Assembly: GCF_963676685.1 (NCBI RefSeq)
Contig: NC_092346.1
Location: 106,268,001-106,332,000 of the forward strand
Direction: 5' to 3'
DNA length: 64,000 bases
DNA from: Mytilus edulis
Lineage: Eukaryota
A program made the translations under genes and the position numbers. Position 1 is the first letter of the stretch, and every line of letters starts with the position of its first letter. The notes below the pieces were generated by a model, which was not told the DNA's origin, did not search any database, and worked only from the letters and a program-made list of their open reading frames with translations. Below are positions 12,301-24,132 of this stretch, one piece after another.

Positions 12301-14257
12301 CCCTTCAGCCGTAAAAAGTGTGGAATAGAAATTTACTTGTTCTTTTAATATCGAATCAATATCATATTTATACTCACCCGTTTTTGTTTTTATACGATTC
12401 CATAACTTGTTTTGGCCATTTTTCTTTTCTAAACTAAAAAAATATTTCGTTGATTTTTCACCTTCTTCTGACCATTTAATTTTTGCCCTAATTTTCGCAG
12501 ATTCTGTAAAATTTGTATAAATATCCTTAATTTCGCTTTCAATTTCGGTTATTCTAGAATTGGTGATACTTGTTTTTTCCTCTACTAATTTTAATCCTTC
12601 GAGTTGTTTTTCAAGTTTTTTAATGTGATTGTTATTATATACTCGATTTAGTGTTTTACTTACATCAATTGTTAGAAATTTTATTTTACTTTTGGTAATA
12701 TCCCACCATTCTTGTATATCATTATATTTGTCTTTACTATTTTTCCATCCTTCCCAAAAGATTTTAAAAGCATTTGAAAACTGCTCAGATTTAATTGTAT
12801 TTAAGTTCATAATCCACATACCCGGCCCTCTTTCTATATCATCTAACTTAATTTTTGATGTAACTATTTCGTGATCACTAAATGGGAAATGAGATATACG
12901 AGTGTTAAATATTTTACTATTCAAAGATTTGCTGCAGAAAATAAAATCTATACGAGACTTAGAGTTTCCTCTCTGAAACGTATAACGTTTTGTATCTGGA
13001 AATCGAGATCTCCATATATCATCTAATTCATATCTCAATAAAAGATTTTTTAATTCAATTGTACCGACGTCATTATTTTGATGTGATGGCATTCTGTCTA
13101 TTTTTTTGTCTAAAGTACAATTAAAGTCTCCTAATAATACGGTGTAGTGTTCAACGCTATCATCGTCATACACTTTATTTAAGTTGCGCAAATTTTCGTA
13201 AAAAGTCTTTCTATCGGAACCGTTGTTCGGTGTATATACATTAATAATATGATATACAGCATTATCTTTTTTTATGTCACACATTTGACATCTTCCGTTT
13301 TCATCGTGATTTATAAAAGTTACATTTTCGGAAAAAATCTTTTGCAAAAGGAATCCCACTCCCCTTGAATCAGAAGTTCCGCAATTCCAAACTGATTCCC
13401 CTCCCCCAAATTTTTTCCAGTCATTACCCCAGTTATCAATATCAGATTTTGAACAATGTGTTTCTTGAAGACAAATAATATCGAACTTTTTTAAAACTAA
13501 CCAATTAAAAATCATATCTCGTTTTTTATTGTTTCGTAAACCATTTACGTTTATAGAAGCAATTGACAAAGACATATTAAGATCGAATAGTTTTTTGTTT
13601 CTTTCTTTCGTCATTTAAATGTTTCACTTGAATGCTTTGAACCTGATTATATCTATTTGGAACAATAAACTTAACGGATCGGTTATGTGTATACCTTTGT
13701 GTAAACAAATCAGGTAAAACTTTAATCATAAAGCGTCGTTTAAAAACCGTATAAGGTGTAATAAACAGATACTCATTCATGTTCTCATCATATAACAATA
13801 CTAAGCGTCGTTTAAAAACCGTAAAAGGTATAATAAACAGATACTTATTCATCTTCTCAATATTTAACAATACAGTTTGGTATAGCTTAGCAATGTTTGC
13901 ACTTTTTGCAATATATACATATAGGCATATAAACGAATTATTTTTAAATAACATATACATACGAAAAATATGTTTAAAAAAGTGGACATAATATTTACAG
14001 TGATACATTTGTGTTTTTTGTTTGTTTTTGTTTGTTTTTTTTTTTTTAAATATTTGTTTTTTAACATTAAAATCAGATTAAGTAGTCAGAGTGTTTATTC
14101 ACATGGGTTTAATCATGATCTATTCCTGTCTCTTTTCTTGATACTTTGGATGTCCGGTCTGCAGATGTTGGAGTAGTTTTGTCACTTCTGTTGCGTTTTC
14201 GATCAATCGGAGTGTTTGATACGACGACGTTTGTGTTTGGGCTATTTAGAAACAGAA
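9332..14257 (-). mobile_element. L1/Tx1-clade non-LTR retrotransposon, 5'-truncated within ORF1, ORF2 intact
   Basis: TSD tgcagcagaagtt at 9319-9331 and 14258-14270; poly(A) tail (T run to about 9349) after AATAAA; ORF1 C-terminal remnant at 14109-14257. Confidence 0.93.
9751..13614 (-). CDS. LINE ORF2: APE endonuclease + reverse transcriptase + C-terminal CCHC zinc knuckle
   Basis: SINVNG, CLQETH, LGDFN, SRIDF and SDH (APE); KSPGEDG, NWRPLTLLN, KAFDRV, RQGCP and FADD (RT); CHIC...HLFFDC. Likely start is MSLSIASINVNG at about 13578. Confidence 0.95.
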   Translation of the reverse strand: MTKERNKKLFDLNMSLSIASINVNGLRNNKKRDMIFNWLVLKKFDIICLQETHCSKSDIDNWGNDWKKFGGGESVWNCGTSDSRGVGFLLQKIFSENVTFINHDENGRCQMCDIKKDNAVYHIINVYTPNNGSDRKTFYENLRNLNKVYDDDSVEHYTVLLGDFNCTLDKKIDRMPSHQNNDVGTIELKNLLLRYELDDIWRSRFPDTKRYTFQRGNSKSRIDFIFCSKSLNSKIFNTRISHFPFSDHEIVTSKIKLDDIERGPGMWIMNLNTIKSEQFSNAFKIFWEGWKNSKDKYNDIQEWWDITKSKIKFLTIDVSKTLNRVYNNNHIKKLEKQLEGLKLVEEKTSITNSRITEIESEIKDIYTNFTESAKIRAKIKWSEEGEKSTKYFFSLEKKNGQNKLWNRIKTKTGEYKYDIDSILKEQVNFYSTLFTAEGWDKNSGEKLCQFIENKVSSDDKEMLDSNINMEELEKVLKDLKTNKSPGEDGIISEFYILYWDIIKNDFFTLLQEIFDKNVLSKSQHKGVLTLLHKGGERENIKNWRPLTLLNTDYKIIAKLLAMRLKKVLPKIIHSDQKGFVKGRNISDANRLIQDIIDYIDNEDEDGIIIFLDQQKAFDRVEWEWVDFVLEKFNFGGKFRQWIKMLLYDAITCIKTNGHVSKYFSITRSARQGCPIAPLIYILQAEPMACAIRGNKEIEGIQIPGEGGKSIETKLCMFADDTQLFNKNEKSVEKSFDVLTLYEKASGSKINFDKTKGLLIGSLKRKKLKFNKIKWITGSVKTLGVNHGYEIDNDAIWQSIIEKIKNCVHVWKSRKLSFSGKTLIVKNFILPMCSYEIEMRGILEKYSKEINNIIWNFIWDGKVNQIERQVCCLDITKGGMGMISIDLFIRSKQIKSLYRILHEPLESWNAIGKYWLRHFDNKYNDQYFLCKCSNIKGLNIKNIPLFYQKMIFTWSNFLKIGDNPKTKNEVLNMRLFGNSKISFQNNPLFFSSFLNSNMKYIKDIWNVETNKFNSCCSIFEKLVDKRNCISEFSRIKSAIPIDFLQILEIDNEINKKPNIEMKLSNEMVILDRSGKTIKPKELKLKYIRDMINKNIYPKCQLKWQEFYGHEINWKIVWGNLKKVKITNKIKEFQWKCIHNIIYTESRLKKMQLSNGKCHICQTVNNTENLQHLFFDCNTTKLIISKIKDIFTLWNIQLDDDNLKQFMLLGDSSGHSNQNLLVNLFFILTKWSVWKIRNKIKYDGIKMSSTYILNLWKSYMVTHLKSVPCYLSINTLDKEKINTLINFIL

Positions 14258-14385
14258 TGCAGCAGAAGTTAAATATTAGAATTTTAACATAAAAATAAAA
14301 TTCGGATATGTGTATGTTAAAATGTGAAACTACAAAAACTAAGTAACACCAACCATGAAGCAAATGCAAAATAGTATAGTTAATC

Positions 14386-15565
14386 AACTTTTGTTATATA
14401 CCAGATATGTTACCTATACCGCTGTTATATACCAGATATGTTACCTATACCGCTGTTATATACCAGATATGTTACCTATACCGTTGAATACTGAAATCTA
14501 CGAATATTTAACTTTTGTTATATACCAGATATGTTACCTATACCGTTGAATACTGAAATCTCCGAATATTTAACTTTTGTTATATACCAGATATGTTACC
14601 TATACCGTTGAATACTGAAATCTCCGAATATTTAACTTTTGTTATATACCAGATATGTTACCTATACCGTTGAATACTGAAATCTCCGAATATTTAACTT
14701 TTGTTATATACCAGATATGTTACCTATACCGTTGAATACTGAAATCTCCGAATATTTAACTTTTGTTATATACCAGATATGTTACTTATACCGTTGAATA
14801 CTGAAATCTCCGAATATTCAACTTTTGTTATATACCAGATATGTTACCTATACCGTTGAATACTGAAATCTCCGAATATTTAACTTTTGTTATATACCAG
14901 ATATGTTACCTATACCGCTGAATACTGAAATCTCCGAATATTTAACTTTTGTTATATACCAGATATGTTACCTATACCGTTCAATACTGAAACCTCCGAA
15001 TATTTAACTTTTGTTATATACCAGATATGTTACCTATACCGCTGAATACTGAAATCTCCGAATATTTAACTTTTGTTATATACCAGATATGTTACCTATA
15101 CCGTTCAATACTGAAACCTCCGAATATTTAACTTTTGTTATATACCAGATATGTTACCTATACCGCTGAATACTGAAACCTCCGAATATTTAACTTTTGT
15201 TATATACCAGATATGTTACCTATACCGCTGAATACTGAAATCTCCGAATATTTAACTTTTGTTATATACCAGATATGTTACCTATACCGTGGAATACTGA
15301 AACCTCCGAATATTTAACTTTTGTTATATACCAGATATGTTACCTATACCGCTGAATACTGAAACCTCCGAATATTTAACTTTTGTTATATACCAGATAT
15401 GTTACCTATACCGCTGAATACTGAAACCTCCGAATATTTAACTTTTGTTATATACCAGATATGTTACCTATACCGTGGAATACTGAAACCTCCGAATATT
15501 TAACTTTTGTTATATACCAGATATGTTACCTATACCGTTCAATACTGAAACCTCCGAATATTTAA
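14386..15565 (-). repeat. 62-bp minisatellite, about 18 copies plus two 32-bp sub-units, containing a donor-like site
   Basis: Unit aaatattcggagRtttcagtattcaacggtatag|gtaacatatctggtatataacaaaagtt. Confidence 0.93.
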
Positions 15566-15772
15566 TGGATAACACACCGACATTTACAGAAATATTCTCT
15601 TTCACAAGTATATTACACAACTTTTTGACCTTTGCAAACAATCCATTTGTTGAATTGCTTGTTTTATATATTTGATCACCAAAACATTTATATTTCTTAA
15701 TCATTGATATTTGTCTTTCGTCCTGCTATGTTGCTTTTCTTCCATTCAAATTGTTAAGTTGAAGATTTTTAC
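15530..15772 (-). other. Tentative 5'UTR exon of the SLC23 gene
   Basis: tttaag acceptor-like site and ATAG|gtaaca donor; its 3' end seeds the 62-bp array. Confidence 0.4.
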
Positions 15773-16586
15773 CTTAAATTGAAATGAGTGACAACGAACT
15801 GTTATAAACAAAACATACGATAATAATCAAAAACAGCTATCATATGTTTATAACAGCCCTCTAAGCAACACTTTGGAGAACTTATTTGAAATTATAATCT
15901 GCTAACTGCCAAGGGAGGCTTAGAGTTATATCCTTGACAAACATAGCACAATTCATAGTTTAATGTTACACTATAACCTCGGATTTAAATTTGATTTAAT
16001 TTAATTTAGTGTCATCGGGGATGTATCTTATGACAATTAAGATAAAGGTCATTTCACTAAATTAAGCCATATATATACACGTAAGAATGACATTGATATT
16101 TATTTTTCTCATACACACATTTTAAAGTGAAAATTTACGTTTACAATTTATTATTCTATTTTAAATTTGTGTAAGAAAAACTCTTACAACGATTGGTGAA
16201 TATCTATTGAAATATATAACATGTATAAAGAAGCAACAACATACGTCCTATTGTTACAAAAAGCATATAGATGCAATCAAAAGACAACTTTTTGTCAAAT
16301 TAAACGGTAAATACCATGATCCTTTAAGAACTTTATATCATGATATCGTTAAGTAAGCGATAAGACGTGCATGAAGCATCTTCTTGATCTTACACAAATG
16401 TTAACATTCGTGTTCAAGTTTTAAGATATCACGTTTGAAAGGTAAATATACTTAAAAACATAAGTCATGTTTATGATTTCGATCATGGGATAAAATAAAA
16501 TCTAGCATCAAAACTAATATTTAAACATTATACATTTTTCCTTTCGACGTCGTTTATTTTGACAAGTAAAATTAAATAAAAGTTAC

Positions 16587-16720
16587 CTTGTTATCTGTTT
16601 TGTCCGACAGCGGTTCAAATGAAGTTGAATACACTATACGAACAACGTGTCTCGTTACAAACTCGGTAAAAAGATCTAATTGTATTCGTTGATGTAGACG
16701 ATCGCTGTTTCTATTATTAG
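16587..16720 (-). other. Tentative first (non-coding) exon of the SLC23 gene
   Basis: CAAG|gtaact donor in a CpG-richer unique segment; 5' limit unknown. Confidence 0.25.
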
Positions 16721-17809
16721 AAAATAAGCAGCTATCAAGTAATTGCATGTGTCCATTGGAGCATTAAAAACTGAAAACTCCTGACAAGTAAGAAAAAATA
16801 AGTCGTAATTTTCATTTTCTTTTCAAGAAGATAAACAAGAATTGTTTCGAGAGAAAAGAAATAAATAAACGAGAATATACATTTTATCGACATTCCTTAA
16901 ATAAAGACAACAGTAGTATACTGCTGTTCAAAAGTCATAAATCGATTGAGTGAAAACAAATCCGGGTTACAAACTAAAACTGAGGGAAACACATCAAATT
17001 TAACAACGAAACAACTGAAACACTAAAGTGCAAGAAAAAACCAAACGACAATGCAACACAAACAGAAACGAATTATAAGATAACAATTGCAAAACGCACC
17101 AGCTACATACAATTCCAAATATCTTATCTTAAAGCCAACAACTGATTATATATATTCAATAGGGACTTGTTGAAAGTTATATAAAAAAGGTTGGCTTTAA
17201 TAACCGACAAATACATATATATATATAAACAATAAAATACATAGTACTGTTATTAAAGTATTAAGGGCATTATACATACAACTTCATGCACAGTTAATCC
17301 AGAGTGAACAAAGTTAAAACGTACTGTAATATACCTTCATGAGTATTAAGCTAAATAAAGACAACAGTAGTATACATGTAGCGGTGTTGAAAAGTCAGGA
17401 ATCGATTGAGAGAAAACAAATCCGGGTTGCAAACCAAAATCAAAGGAAACACATCAACTCTTAAGACGAAAACAAATATCAACTTGAACACCAAAGTGAT
17501 TTGGTTCATAAGTCGGTTTTTTATATAGATTAGACCGTTGGTTTTCCTGTTTGAATGATTTCCACTAGTCATTTTGGGGGCTCTTAATAGCTTGTTGTTC
17601 GATGTGAGCAAAGGCTACGTGTTGAAGACCGCACAACATGGTTTACTTTTACAAATTGTGACTTGAACGGAGAGTTGTCTCATTAGTACTCATAACACAT
17701 CTTCGTATATCTTTAAGTATTCACGTATAACAACTCGGATATTGCCAGGTACAGACCGGTTCGCATTGGTATTAATTGAAACAGAGAAAACATAATTGCT
17801 TAAACTTTC

Positions 17810-18310
17810 ATTTGCCAACAAAGGTATCGGTGTCATCAACCTCGGCAATATCCTTCGTCATCAATTAGTTTCCGAATATACATTCCTTCTTTAAAGATCA
17901 AATGACCTATGATGTATACCCATGCTAAACAAATTGTGAATTTTTTCAATATTAACAACTGCGCGTGTTGCAGGATAACTAAATGGTTCTCTGAATACAC
18001 AAATTACATTGATCTTTAAGGCTCAAATGCTGTCGATCACATGTCCTACATCTTGACAAATATGTTGTTATTCCCGATGATAAAGCGGGAAACGACATCG
18101 GTAGTGTGTGTAAATATCACTACAGTAACTACTCGATAAAGATATGATATTCAAATTAACATATTCCACCATATCTCCTATCAAAGAGGAAATCATCCTG
18201 ATTAATCTTAGGTCAGATATATGTTAAATTTGAATTTGAACTTTAGATGAAAAAATGGATCTTCCTTCATTTTATTGGATACCTAAAATACGCAAGCGTC
18301 ATTATAAACA
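17810..18310 (+). mobile_element. Degenerate Penelope-like RT fragments
   Basis: Remnant peptides KYVVIPDDKAGNDI and LPSFYWIPKIRK...YKQRYI. Confidence 0.6.
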
Positions 18311-19644
18311 ACGTTATATTGATGTGTGTTCCGAGAGCTCAAGAAATACTATGATTCAATGAAAAAGTTATCCGAAATTGAGGTTTTCAAAAATCTAGAT
18401 ATCTTAATTGTGATTTGTAAAGCTTGGGTACGTGTCTTTCAAAAACAATCGGTAACCAAATGTGCTTCTCTAGACTTAATCTCTTTGTTCATTATAGACC
18501 GACTTCACATATGAACTTTTTATGACGATAGAAAAGAAGCTAGCATAATCCTTCATTTCCATGTTTCACTATCATTCACCACTTTTTGTACAAATTTCAG
18601 AATATCTCTATAGTTACTATGACCTTGACCACTGAAATGCTGAACTCAATATCAAAAGGGATCTTCCTCTCATTAAATGTGCTTGTATTTCTATGTTGAG
18701 TTTCAATCCAATGTAAAGTATTTGATAATTTTAAAATAAGGGACAGACATATAAGGTTGCAGTTTGATTCTGAATTAACCGGACATAGAATATAGGTAGA
18801 TGTCTAATTGCTACCTCAGTATTGCAATTTTCATTGTTATTAAAGTAAAGTAAAGTAAAGTAATCTTTATTTAAAGTCGGGTTGCATATAAATACATAAT
18901 AACAAAGAACATGAGCTCTTAAGAGCTCTTTAACCGACTGATATTAATAAACAAAACATACATGTAATAACATCAGATACACATACAACACAAACATACA
19001 GACATCACACATATATATATTAATACATAGATAGCACATGCAGAATAAAAGCTAAGCAAGATAGATTAAAACAAATGTCTAATATCAGCACATATACAGT
19101 AGCACATAGTATTTATATAAGAGTAGCACATGCAAACTTAAACACTTTAAGCACAAACAAAAGACTGAAATATTAAATGTAATATCAGTATTTAGTACAA
19201 ATATAATATTAAATCAATCCTAATTGTCTCTTATTTTTGACAGATAGTTTTATTCATTCAAATGTGATGTAATTTTTCATTTTTGATGTTCTGTTTTGTT
19301 CATTTTTTTGTCATTTGTTACAATTTCAAATATGACGTCACTTGGCGTTGAGGTTTTGACTTATTCAGATGTGTCTATTTTTTGTGTTGCATTTTGTCGG
19401 GTTGTGTAAAGTATTTCGGTTGTTTCTTGTAATTAGTTAATACTTCAGTTTAATCATGTAAATCTTTTCTATAGTCATTTTATAAAATTTACTGTTTGCA
19501 AAAGTATAAATTATTCTAAATAATAGGGATGTTCTGGTACCTAACAGAAAACCCTGGCCGTTTTTGGCACAACTTTTTTGAACTTTTGGTCCTCGATGCT
19601 GTTCAACTTTGTACTTGTTTCGTCTTTCAAACTTTTGTATCTGG

Positions 19645-19690
19645 GCGTCACCAGTAAGTCTTGTGTGGACAAAATGCACTACTGGCGAAT
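19645..19690 (+). ncRNA. Highly degenerate hammerhead copy in a related repeat (about 19440-19910)
   Basis: gcgtcaccagtaagtcttgtgtggacaaaatgcactactggcg aligns to the consensus; core destroyed. Confidence 0.45.
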
Positions 19691-20689
19691 TAAATTTTAA
19701 ACCTGTTGCCTTTGTTAGCTATTATTCGCGTGTTTCTTTGTCAATTGTGTTATCCTATTTATTTGTATTGTAGTCCTGTAATGTTGTGTTGTCATTTTAA
19801 TGTTATACTTCACGTGGCCATAAAAGAGGGAGGTTTAGCATGCCACAAAACCAGGTTCAACCCACTATTTTTTTTCTTTCAAAAATGTCCTGTACCAAGT
19901 CAGGTCATTGTTATATTATAGTTCGTTTCTATGTGTGTTACATTTTAACGTTGTGTTTCTTTTGTGTCGTTTGTTTCCTCTTATATTTGAGTGTGAATTC
20001 ACATTATTATAAGAGGTGTAATGGTACTTTTCTATCCCAAATTCATGTATTTAGTTTTGATGTTATATTTGTTATTTGCATCGGATTTCGTCTTATGCTT
20101 AGTTTGTTTCTGTGTGTGTTACATTTTAATGTTGTGTCGTCATTTTCTTGTATTTAATGCGTTTCCCTGGTTTATTTTGCTCAGTCTTCCGTTTTCTATG
20201 TTGATTTTAAATACTATTGTTTCTCATTTGGACTTAAAGTTTTTTCCCATTGTATTGTGAGTTATTTTTTTGACTACCTAGTTTGAATGTCACATAGGAA
20301 TCTTTTGCCTCTCACTTTTGTGAACTAAAATTTCATTATAAGTTAGTCTTAATGACAGACCTTTTGATTGTTTCTGTTAAATTCATTCACATTGACACCT
20401 TAAAAAGCTTGGTACATATTGTTAAAGGCTGTATGTGCCACTTTAAATGTCTTTTGATTGTTGTTGTTGGGTTTGTTTTCTTATTGATATACATCCCAAA
20501 TCTCCTTTTATTCATAGACAGACAGACAGAGTGCTATCTTTAAACTGGAAAACCAGGAAATATTTTTGCACAGGGTTATGAAATAAATATACACTAATTC
20601 GACAAGTATGAATACCAATAAAATATCCTAAGTAAGAGAGGCTAATGGTTAGTTACTTTTCATCAGAATGGCTGGCGTGAAAGGTAAAA

Positions 20690-20790
20690 ACGACTACAAC
20701 AAGACATGTATGGTCAGTATGTTTATTATCATCAGAATGGCTGGCGTGAAAGACTACAACAAGACATGTATGGTCAGTATGTTTATTATC
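20690..20790 (-). terminator. Putative IPO5 poly(A) site, present twice in tandem
   Basis: Minus strand AATAAA-catactgaccataCA-tgtcttgttgtagt at 20787-20782 and 20727-20722, at the end of a TE-poor, UTR-like 3.3 kb stretch. Confidence 0.5.
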
Positions 20791-23700
20791 ATCAGAAATG
20801 GTGTGAAAGACACTGTAATAATCTAATGTAACAAGTGAAGAAATTTAACTTCATTAATGTAACAACTTAATTTGTGCATACATTAAATGGTTACAAATAG
20901 TGTTCTGATAGGTTAACTTGTCTAATTAACCATCAGTAATACTTTAACAATTCATGCCCTCATCGACATATAAGTTGACTTAAACGTCAATTGTACATAA
21001 TGTGTACAGGTTATTTATAATAACCAAACATTTCATTTAACAATAAATGTTAAAACATAACAAGTGCATTAAATGCATTTACATGCTACAAAAAGATTAA
21101 ACAAATATTCTGACTAAAATATGTCAATCTTTGGACAGAGGTTATAACCTCCTTGTCTAGGTTTTGATTAATCAACAACCAATTCAACTAATGGTTTCAC
21201 TAGTTGTTTATCATTGCACATTATTGTATAAAATGTTTCATAAAACTGTAACAATAAGTAAATGTTTTACAACATAATAACACACAGGATAAAGGTTTAC
21301 AAAACTATTATCCAAAAATATTTATTGTTCACAACAAAAAACCTTTGCTTTTTTTATGAATTCAAAAATACTTATGACTCCATGCTAAAACTATTTTAGG
21401 TAGCATAGTATTCAAAAGTAGACAGAAAATTATCATTACAAATATATGCATAAAACCCAATTCTTCAAAAATCATTTAAGTTTATTCAATTTGGTTTAGC
21501 AATAGCACCTCTTATAATCTCTATATCCATTTTTCTGTGGATCAAAAATTTAATCTGACTACTAGTCTTATTAAAAAGGAATCATAAATCCTTTATACTC
21601 ACAAAAATATGTGTATTATGCTCAATCCTACAAACAAACAACACAAAATGAGGTAGGAATTACTGTGGTGGTTTTCCATAAATAGGAGTAAATATAACCA
21701 CATACGATATAATCACTGTTGAGAACAAGTTCCTCAGCAGGTAAATTATAACATTGGCTTAAGACTTTTGTCTAAAATTAAAACCAATTATTGACTTCAA
21801 CATAAGAAGTACAATTATCTGAGTCTATAGAACTCAGATCTAATAAATGACCATTCTCTATATTGACAATGGCACATCTACATGTAATACATACTTAGTA
21901 TGTTACATTTATTACAATGTACAGACACACTATAGATAGGGAATGACGACCAAAAATCATTGGAACTTACAACATGAATAAGTTTTTACAAAATGGTTAA
22001 GTTATTTCACAAAGATTGAAGTCAAGTTAAGGAGACAAGTTTTGCTTTCTAAACAACTTTGTCAGATTATTCAATAAAATTCAATTATTGCCACATCATT
22101 ATTGAAGACCATTTAAATATGAGTAGTGCCATCTTATCCTGCCTAAAGCAAAAATCAAGTATTGTTACCCTGCCTATAGCAAACATCAAAAGATGTTACC
22201 CTGCCTAAAGCAAACATCAATCAATGTTAACTTACACACAAATATTTCTGATGTAGCTAATTCACTGTTGTTAGAAATTCAAAGTAAACAACAACAACCC
22301 ATTATAAGCTATTTACATTATTAAACATATTGGTTTTGTTATTTTTCTGCTAATTGGACCTTGCACATCCAAGAGCTTAAATCAAAATTATATTCTGTCT
22401 ACACACTAAGCATGCATGAAAAATAACTGGAATAAACAAAGACAGATAGGTGTTACAAATTCTACAGTAAGCAATTCAAAACCATGATCTAAAGGTTAAC
22501 ATTTAAGATCAAAGGAAAGTTAGCCATGAAAAACCATGATCTACAGACTGACAACAAGAAAGATTCAAGGGAAGTAAGCCATGAAAAACCCTGATTTACA
22601 AGCTGACAACAAAGACAAAGTTCTTACCATACAACTATCTACCATGTAGGCTTTACAAAAATCATTGAAGAGGAGATTAAATGACTAATTTTGGTTTCTA
22701 ATTTAAGTTCTGAAGACATTAAAAGTAACTTTGCTACCATGAAATAAGTACTCATATCTTATGCAGACAAAATTCCCAACTCTGGAATATCAGTATATAT
22801 CAACAAATGTAAATTCTCAAGATTTTATTTGTATTGTAGTATTGAAGCTATGTTTATCTTTGTATTTTCGAAATGAAAAGTAAAATACTGCTAATACTTG
22901 CTTTCCTTATAAATTCTGACAAACATATAGAATTTAGCATGTTTGGTCAGAATAAATATTATTACATTTGTCTGAAAAGCATAGAAAGTTTTCTACCTTG
23001 TTATTTACCCTTCAATAAACCGTTACCATCACTACCAAACAAAAACAATAAGGAAAAGTCATAAAATCAAATGATCTAAATGCACAAAATACTGATTAAG
23101 CTTTAGCAAAACATATATGCTATAATCTGCTCAAAAAGGAGAATGTATGACTGACCATCAGATTGGCCATAATATTTCCATCATTTGCTGAACTTATGTT
23201 AAATATATATACTTAAATAAAACATGACAATTTTGATTTCCTTTTCACAAGTTATACGACATCATTACCACAGTAACGGTACATTAGGTTGTTATAATTT
23301 TCTTATAAAGCATAAACAACTTAAATGATTATTTGAAACAAAAGCTTTTCAGTGAAAAACCAAGAAAGCATTCATAGTTATAAATATTTTCATTCATCTG
23401 AAATATATATGAACATAGCCATAGTATTTCACTTTAAAGAAAATTGTAGGTTACTAAACATGTTATAACTTGTACGTATTGGTGTAACCCATCATCTGTA
23501 TTTTTTTTAATAATATTCTCTTAATAATACAATATGACTTTAAAAAGGTAGTTAAATAAAAGTGAATACAATTTCCGATATATGCCATTAGGATAAATAT
23601 CTACATTATAAAACATTTATAGTATGTACATAATTAAAACTGATAACAGATCTTTTAATTTACATATTATCATTTTTTTCTATCAAACAGAAAACGGAAC

Positions 23701-24048
23701 TGCTTATCAAAAATAAATCTGACATCAAATATCATCAAAAAAATGAAAATTTATCAAATTCTAGACTGTTGAGACTTATTCAAACATTCTTCTATGTATT
23801 ACAAAGGTTTTCATTCTCAGAATCTAAAAAATCAAATGTACCAATAAACACAAATTTTGTGTTGTCATGGATAATTGTGAAATCTAAAACAAAATATTAA
23901 GCCTCAATTGTAAGGTATCTCCTTGACTGTGTTTTATGATTATGTTGTTTTATGGTGGTATTATGTCCACGACTGTTGTTCTATAATGTTATATCTGGAC
24001 TGTTGGTGACTGTTGTTCTATAATGTTATATCTGGACTGTTGGTAGTA

Positions 24049-24132
24049 TTAGCTACTGAGAGCTTGATGTAATGTTTGTTGCTGTTCTGCAGACAAAAGG
24101 GGGATACAGGCCTGGAATACTGCTGGATTTTG
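24049..24132 (-). CDS. IPO5: IPO5 exon 26, terminal coding part ([27 protein letters not shown])
   Basis: tttgcag acceptor, phase 0, TAA stop. Confidence 0.9.
   Translation of the reverse strand, partial: QNPAVFQACIPLLSAEQQQTLHQALSS

Noticed and set aside
10165-12874. Plus-strand short ORFs
   Set aside because: Antisense shadows of LINE ORF2
15510-15704. ORF as the N-terminal coding exon of SLC23
   Set aside because: Available donors are phase 1, while the next exon requires phase 0; kept only as a possible uORF
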